DNA of 64,000 nucleotides from Candidatus Alectryobacillus sp. (lineage in GTDB: Bacteria > Bacillota_I > Bacilli_A > RFN20 > CAG-826). Shown piece by piece: positions 61,590 to 64,000 of the stretch (within the stretch, counting starts at the first letter, position 1; each line of letters starts with the position of its first letter). The stretch covers positions 39,735 through 103,734 of the forward strand of contig DAINNH010000001.1 of assembly GCA_036735985.1 (NCBI GenBank), written 5' to 3'. The notes beneath the pieces were generated by a model. That model was not told the DNA's origin and made no database searches. It was given only the letters and a program-made list of their open reading frames with translations. The position numbers and the translations under genes are program-made.

Positions 61590-62285
61590 ATGGCTGAAGA
61601 AATTAAAAAGACTGTTGCTGAAGACAGCGTAAAAGAAGCTCCTAAAGCAAAAGCTCCAAAGGCTCCAAAAGCCCCCAAAGCTGAAGCTAAAGTCGAAGAA
61701 AAGAAAGTTGAAAAAGAACCTAAGAAAGTTGAACCAAAAGTTTTATTTAGACTTGAAAAGAAGTATCGCGAAGAACTCGTTCCTGCTCTTGTAAAACAAT
61801 TTGGTTATAGTTCAGTTATGGAAGTTCCACACCTTGAAAAGATTGTTATCAATATTGGTGCCGGTGATGCTTCCGCTAACTCCAAAGTCTTAGATGATTG
61901 TGTTGCTGAACTTGCCGTAATTGCTGGTCAACATCCAGTTATTACCAAAGCGAAGAAATCAATCGCTAACTTCAAACTTCGTGAAGGCACTCCAATTGGT
62001 TGCAAAGTCACACTTCGTGGCGATCGCATGTATGCTTTCTTAGATAAGTTAGTTTCTATTTCTCTTCCACGTGTTAGAGACTTCCGTGGCGTTAGCAAAA
62101 ACGCTTTCGATGGTAAAGGAAACTATACACTCGGTATCAAGGAACAATTAATCTTCCCTGAAATCGATTATGATAAAGTTCATAAAGTTCGTGGTATGGA
62201 TATTGTTATCGTTACCACTGCAAAAACCGACGATGAAGCATTCGCTCTTCTTAAGGGCTTAGGAATGCCATTCGCGGCCAGATAA
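61590..62285 (+). CDS. rplE: 50S ribosomal protein L5 with ~50-aa Lys/Ala/Pro-rich N-terminal extension
   Basis: Core [22 protein letters not shown] preceded by ..[25 protein letters not shown].. Confidence 0.93.
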   Translation: MAEEIKKTVAEDSVKEAPKAKAPKAPKAPKAEAKVEEKKVEKEPKKVEPKVLFRLEKKYREELVPALVKQFGYSSVMEVPHLEKIVINIGAGDASANSKVLDDCVAELAVIAGQHPVITKAKKSIANFKLREGTPIGCKVTLRGDRMYAFLDKLVSISLPRVRDFRGVSKNAFDGKGNYTLGIKEQLIFPEIDYDKVHKVRGMDIVIVTTAKTDDEAFALLKGLGMPFAAR

Positions 62286-62298
62286 AAAGGAGGCAATC

Positions 62299-62484
62299 AT
62301 GGCAAAAACAAGTTTAAAAGTGAAGTGCTCACGTCCACAAAAGTTTAAAGTTCGTGAATACACCCGCTGTGCACGTTGTGGTCGTCCACACGCTGTCTAT
62401 TCTAAATTTCATCTCTGTCGTATCTGCCTTCGTGAGCTTGCCTATAAAGGTGAGATCCCTGGCATGAAGAAATCAAGTTGGTAA
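62299..62484 (+). CDS. rpsN: 30S ribosomal protein S14, zinc-binding type Z
   Basis: 61 aa with [12 protein letters not shown] Cys pairs. Confidence 0.95.
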   Translation: MAKTSLKVKCSRPQKFKVREYTRCARCGRPHAVYSKFHLCRICLRELAYKGEIPGMKKSSW

Positions 62485-62502
62485 AAAGGAGGCAAACGAA
62501 TT

Positions 62503-62895
62503 ATGATTAATGATCCAATTTCAGATATGCTTACTCGTATTCGCAACGCGAATCAAGTCAAAGCCGAAACTGTTAAAATGCCTTCTAGCAAGAATAAAGT
62601 AGAAATTGCTAAAATCTTACTTGATGAAGGTTTTATTAAAGGTTTTAATGTCGAAGGTGATGTTAAGAAAGAATTAACCATCACTTTAAAATACGGAGCT
62701 GATAAGGAAAGAGTTATTTCTGGTTTAAAGAAAATCTCTACTCCAGGTCTTCGTGTTAACCTTCCATGTGAAAAACTCCCACGAGTTCTCCATGGCTTAG
62801 GTATTGCTATCATCTCAACCTCAAAAGGTATGATGTCTGATGCAAAAGCTCGTAAATTAGGTGTAGGCGGCGAAGTTATCGCCTATATTTGGTAG
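62503..62895 (+). CDS. rpsH: 30S ribosomal protein S8
   Basis: [13 protein letters not shown] motif. Confidence 0.97.
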   Translation: MINDPISDMLTRIRNANQVKAETVKMPSSKNKVEIAKILLDEGFIKGFNVEGDVKKELTITLKYGADKERVISGLKKISTPGLRVNLPCEKLPRVLHGLGIAIISTSKGMMSDAKARKLGVGGEVIAYIW

Positions 62896-62906
62896 GGAGG
62901 GGAATT

Positions 62907-63482
62907 ATGTCACGTATTGGTAATAAACATATTATTCTTCCTGAAGGTGTTAGTATTAAAGTTGAAGGCAATAATATAGCTGTTAGCGGTAAAAGCGAAA
63001 CATTAAATATTGTTCTTCCTCATAAGATTCATCTTGAAGTTAAAGATGGCAAAACTGTTATCTTAACTCGTGATGATGATGAAATGCTCACCAAAGAAAT
63101 TCATGGTACCACCCGCGCACTCATTCATGATGCTGTTGTTGGTGTCTCTACTGGTTTTTCTAAATCCTTACTTCTTAAAGGTACCGGTTTCCGTGCTCGT
63201 GTCGAAGGAAATAAACTTATTCTTAAAGTTGGCTTCTCCCATGAAGTACCACTCGAAATTATTCCTGGTTGCACTGTTAAAGTGGTCGATAAGGATGCTA
63301 CCGAGTTACTCGTTAGTGGAGCTGATAAACAAAAGGTTGGACAATTAGCCGCGGTTATCCGTGATGTTAGACGTCCAGAACCATATAACGGAACTGGTAT
63401 TCGCTATAAGAACGAATATGTTCCACATAAGGAAGGAAAGCGTGCTGCAGCTGCTACAGCTGGTGCGCCTGCCGCAAAGTAA
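62907..63482 (+). CDS. rplF: 50S ribosomal protein L6 (Ala-rich C-terminal tail)
   Basis: MSRIGNKHIILPEGV; ATG 62907 with GGGAGGGG upstream (track TTG 62889 rejected). Confidence 0.95.
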   Translation: MSRIGNKHIILPEGVSIKVEGNNIAVSGKSETLNIVLPHKIHLEVKDGKTVILTRDDDEMLTKEIHGTTRALIHDAVVGVSTGFSKSLLLKGTGFRARVEGNKLILKVGFSHEVPLEIIPGCTVKVVDKDATELLVSGADKQKVGQLAAVIRDVRRPEPYNGTGIRYKNEYVPHKEGKRAAAATAGAPAAK

Positions 63483-63494
63483 AGGAGATAGAAT

Positions 63495-63851
63495 ATGATT
63501 AAAAAAGAATCAAGACAAGATGTTCGTCGTAGAAAACACCTTCGTGTTCGTGAAAAGATTTCCGGAACAAGTCTCACTCCACGTCTTTGCGTCTTCCGTT
63601 CAAATGCTAATATTGAAGCTCAAATCATTGATGATACTAAAGGTGTTACTTTAGTTGAATCAAGTTCCGTGGCTTTAAAACTTGAAAAAGGCAGCAATAT
63701 TGAAGCTGCTGGTAAAGTTGGTGAAGACATTGCGAAGAAAGCTTTAGATAAGGGTATTACAACTGTCGTCTTCGATCGTGGTGGTTATATTTATCATGGT
63801 CGTGTCCAAGCTCTTGCTGAAGCCTGCCGTAAGGCTGGATTAAAATTCTAA
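63495..63851 (+). CDS. rplR: 50S ribosomal protein L18
   Basis: [33 protein letters not shown] motifs. Confidence 0.95.
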   Translation: MIKKESRQDVRRRKHLRVREKISGTSLTPRLCVFRSNANIEAQIIDDTKGVTLVESSSVALKLEKGSNIEAAGKVGEDIAKKALDKGITTVVFDRGGYIYHGRVQALAEACRKAGLKF

Positions 63852-63861
63852 GGAGAAAGAT

Positions 63862-64000
63862 ATGGAAAACGAAGAAAAGAAAGTTGAAGCCCCTGTAAGT
63901 GAAGTTAAGCCAGTTGTAGCGGAAGCAGCTCCTGCTGAAGCCGCCGCTCAAGGTGAAGCTAAACCTGCTAATAAAGGATTTGATCCAAATAAGAAAAACT
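63862..64000 (+). CDS. rpsE: 30S ribosomal protein S5, 3' end cut by window edge (only low-complexity N-terminal extension visible)
   Basis: AAGGAG SD then ATG 63862; open frame MENEEKKVEAPVSEVKPVVAEAAPAEAAAQGEAKPANKGFDPNKKN to window end; call rests on position after rplR. Confidence 0.65.
   Translation, partial: MENEEKKVEAPVSEVKPVVAEAAPAEAAAQGEAKPANKGFDPNKKN

Overview
The window is visibly AT-rich (GC not computed) and looks like core chromosome from a low-GC Bacillota/Mycoplasmatota-type organism that uses the standard code, with TGA as a stop. Nearly all of it is tightly packed housekeeping sequence.

Gene content:
- Start of window: ldh (5' end cut by the window edge), tcdA, a GH13 alpha-glucosidase, a large membrane-anchored Ig-domain surface protein, and surE.
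- comEB-ecfA1-ecfA2-ecfT, followed by a truA fused to a PHP phosphoesterase domain.
- yebC, mgtE, and rplM-rpsI.
- A T-box-controlled leuS, then tex.
- Five tRNA genes: Ile-GAT, Val-CAC, Thr-TGT, Leu-TAG and Gln-CTG.
- A TPP-riboswitch-controlled thiT-like gene.
- tsaE-tsaB-rimI-tsaD, asnS, and pcrA-ligA-gatCAB.
- galE.
- A preQ1-riboswitch-controlled queT-tgt-queA-queH operon.
- The S10/spc ribosomal protein operon from rpsJ to rpsE (3' end cut by the window edge).

I saw no CRISPR array, rRNA, transposase, integrase or phage genes.

Most unusual items:
1. A leaderless, translationally coupled operon at 24920-29048. It combines a nucleoside-phosphorylase-family protein, a RimK-type ATP-grasp ligase, small membrane proteins, an arginase-fold ureohydrolase and a possible 45-aa charged peptide.
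2. The TruA-PHP fusion.
3. A degV gene split by a single in-frame TGA.
4. A recurring TATAAT-N6-9-ATG (leaderless) layout at operon-first genes.
5. A GC-enriched S10-operon leader carrying two pairs of direct repeats.
6. A perfect 20-bp palindrome over the pcrA promoter.
7. A three-gene operon of uncharacterised membrane proteins.

All functional calls come from reading motifs by eye. No database search was run.
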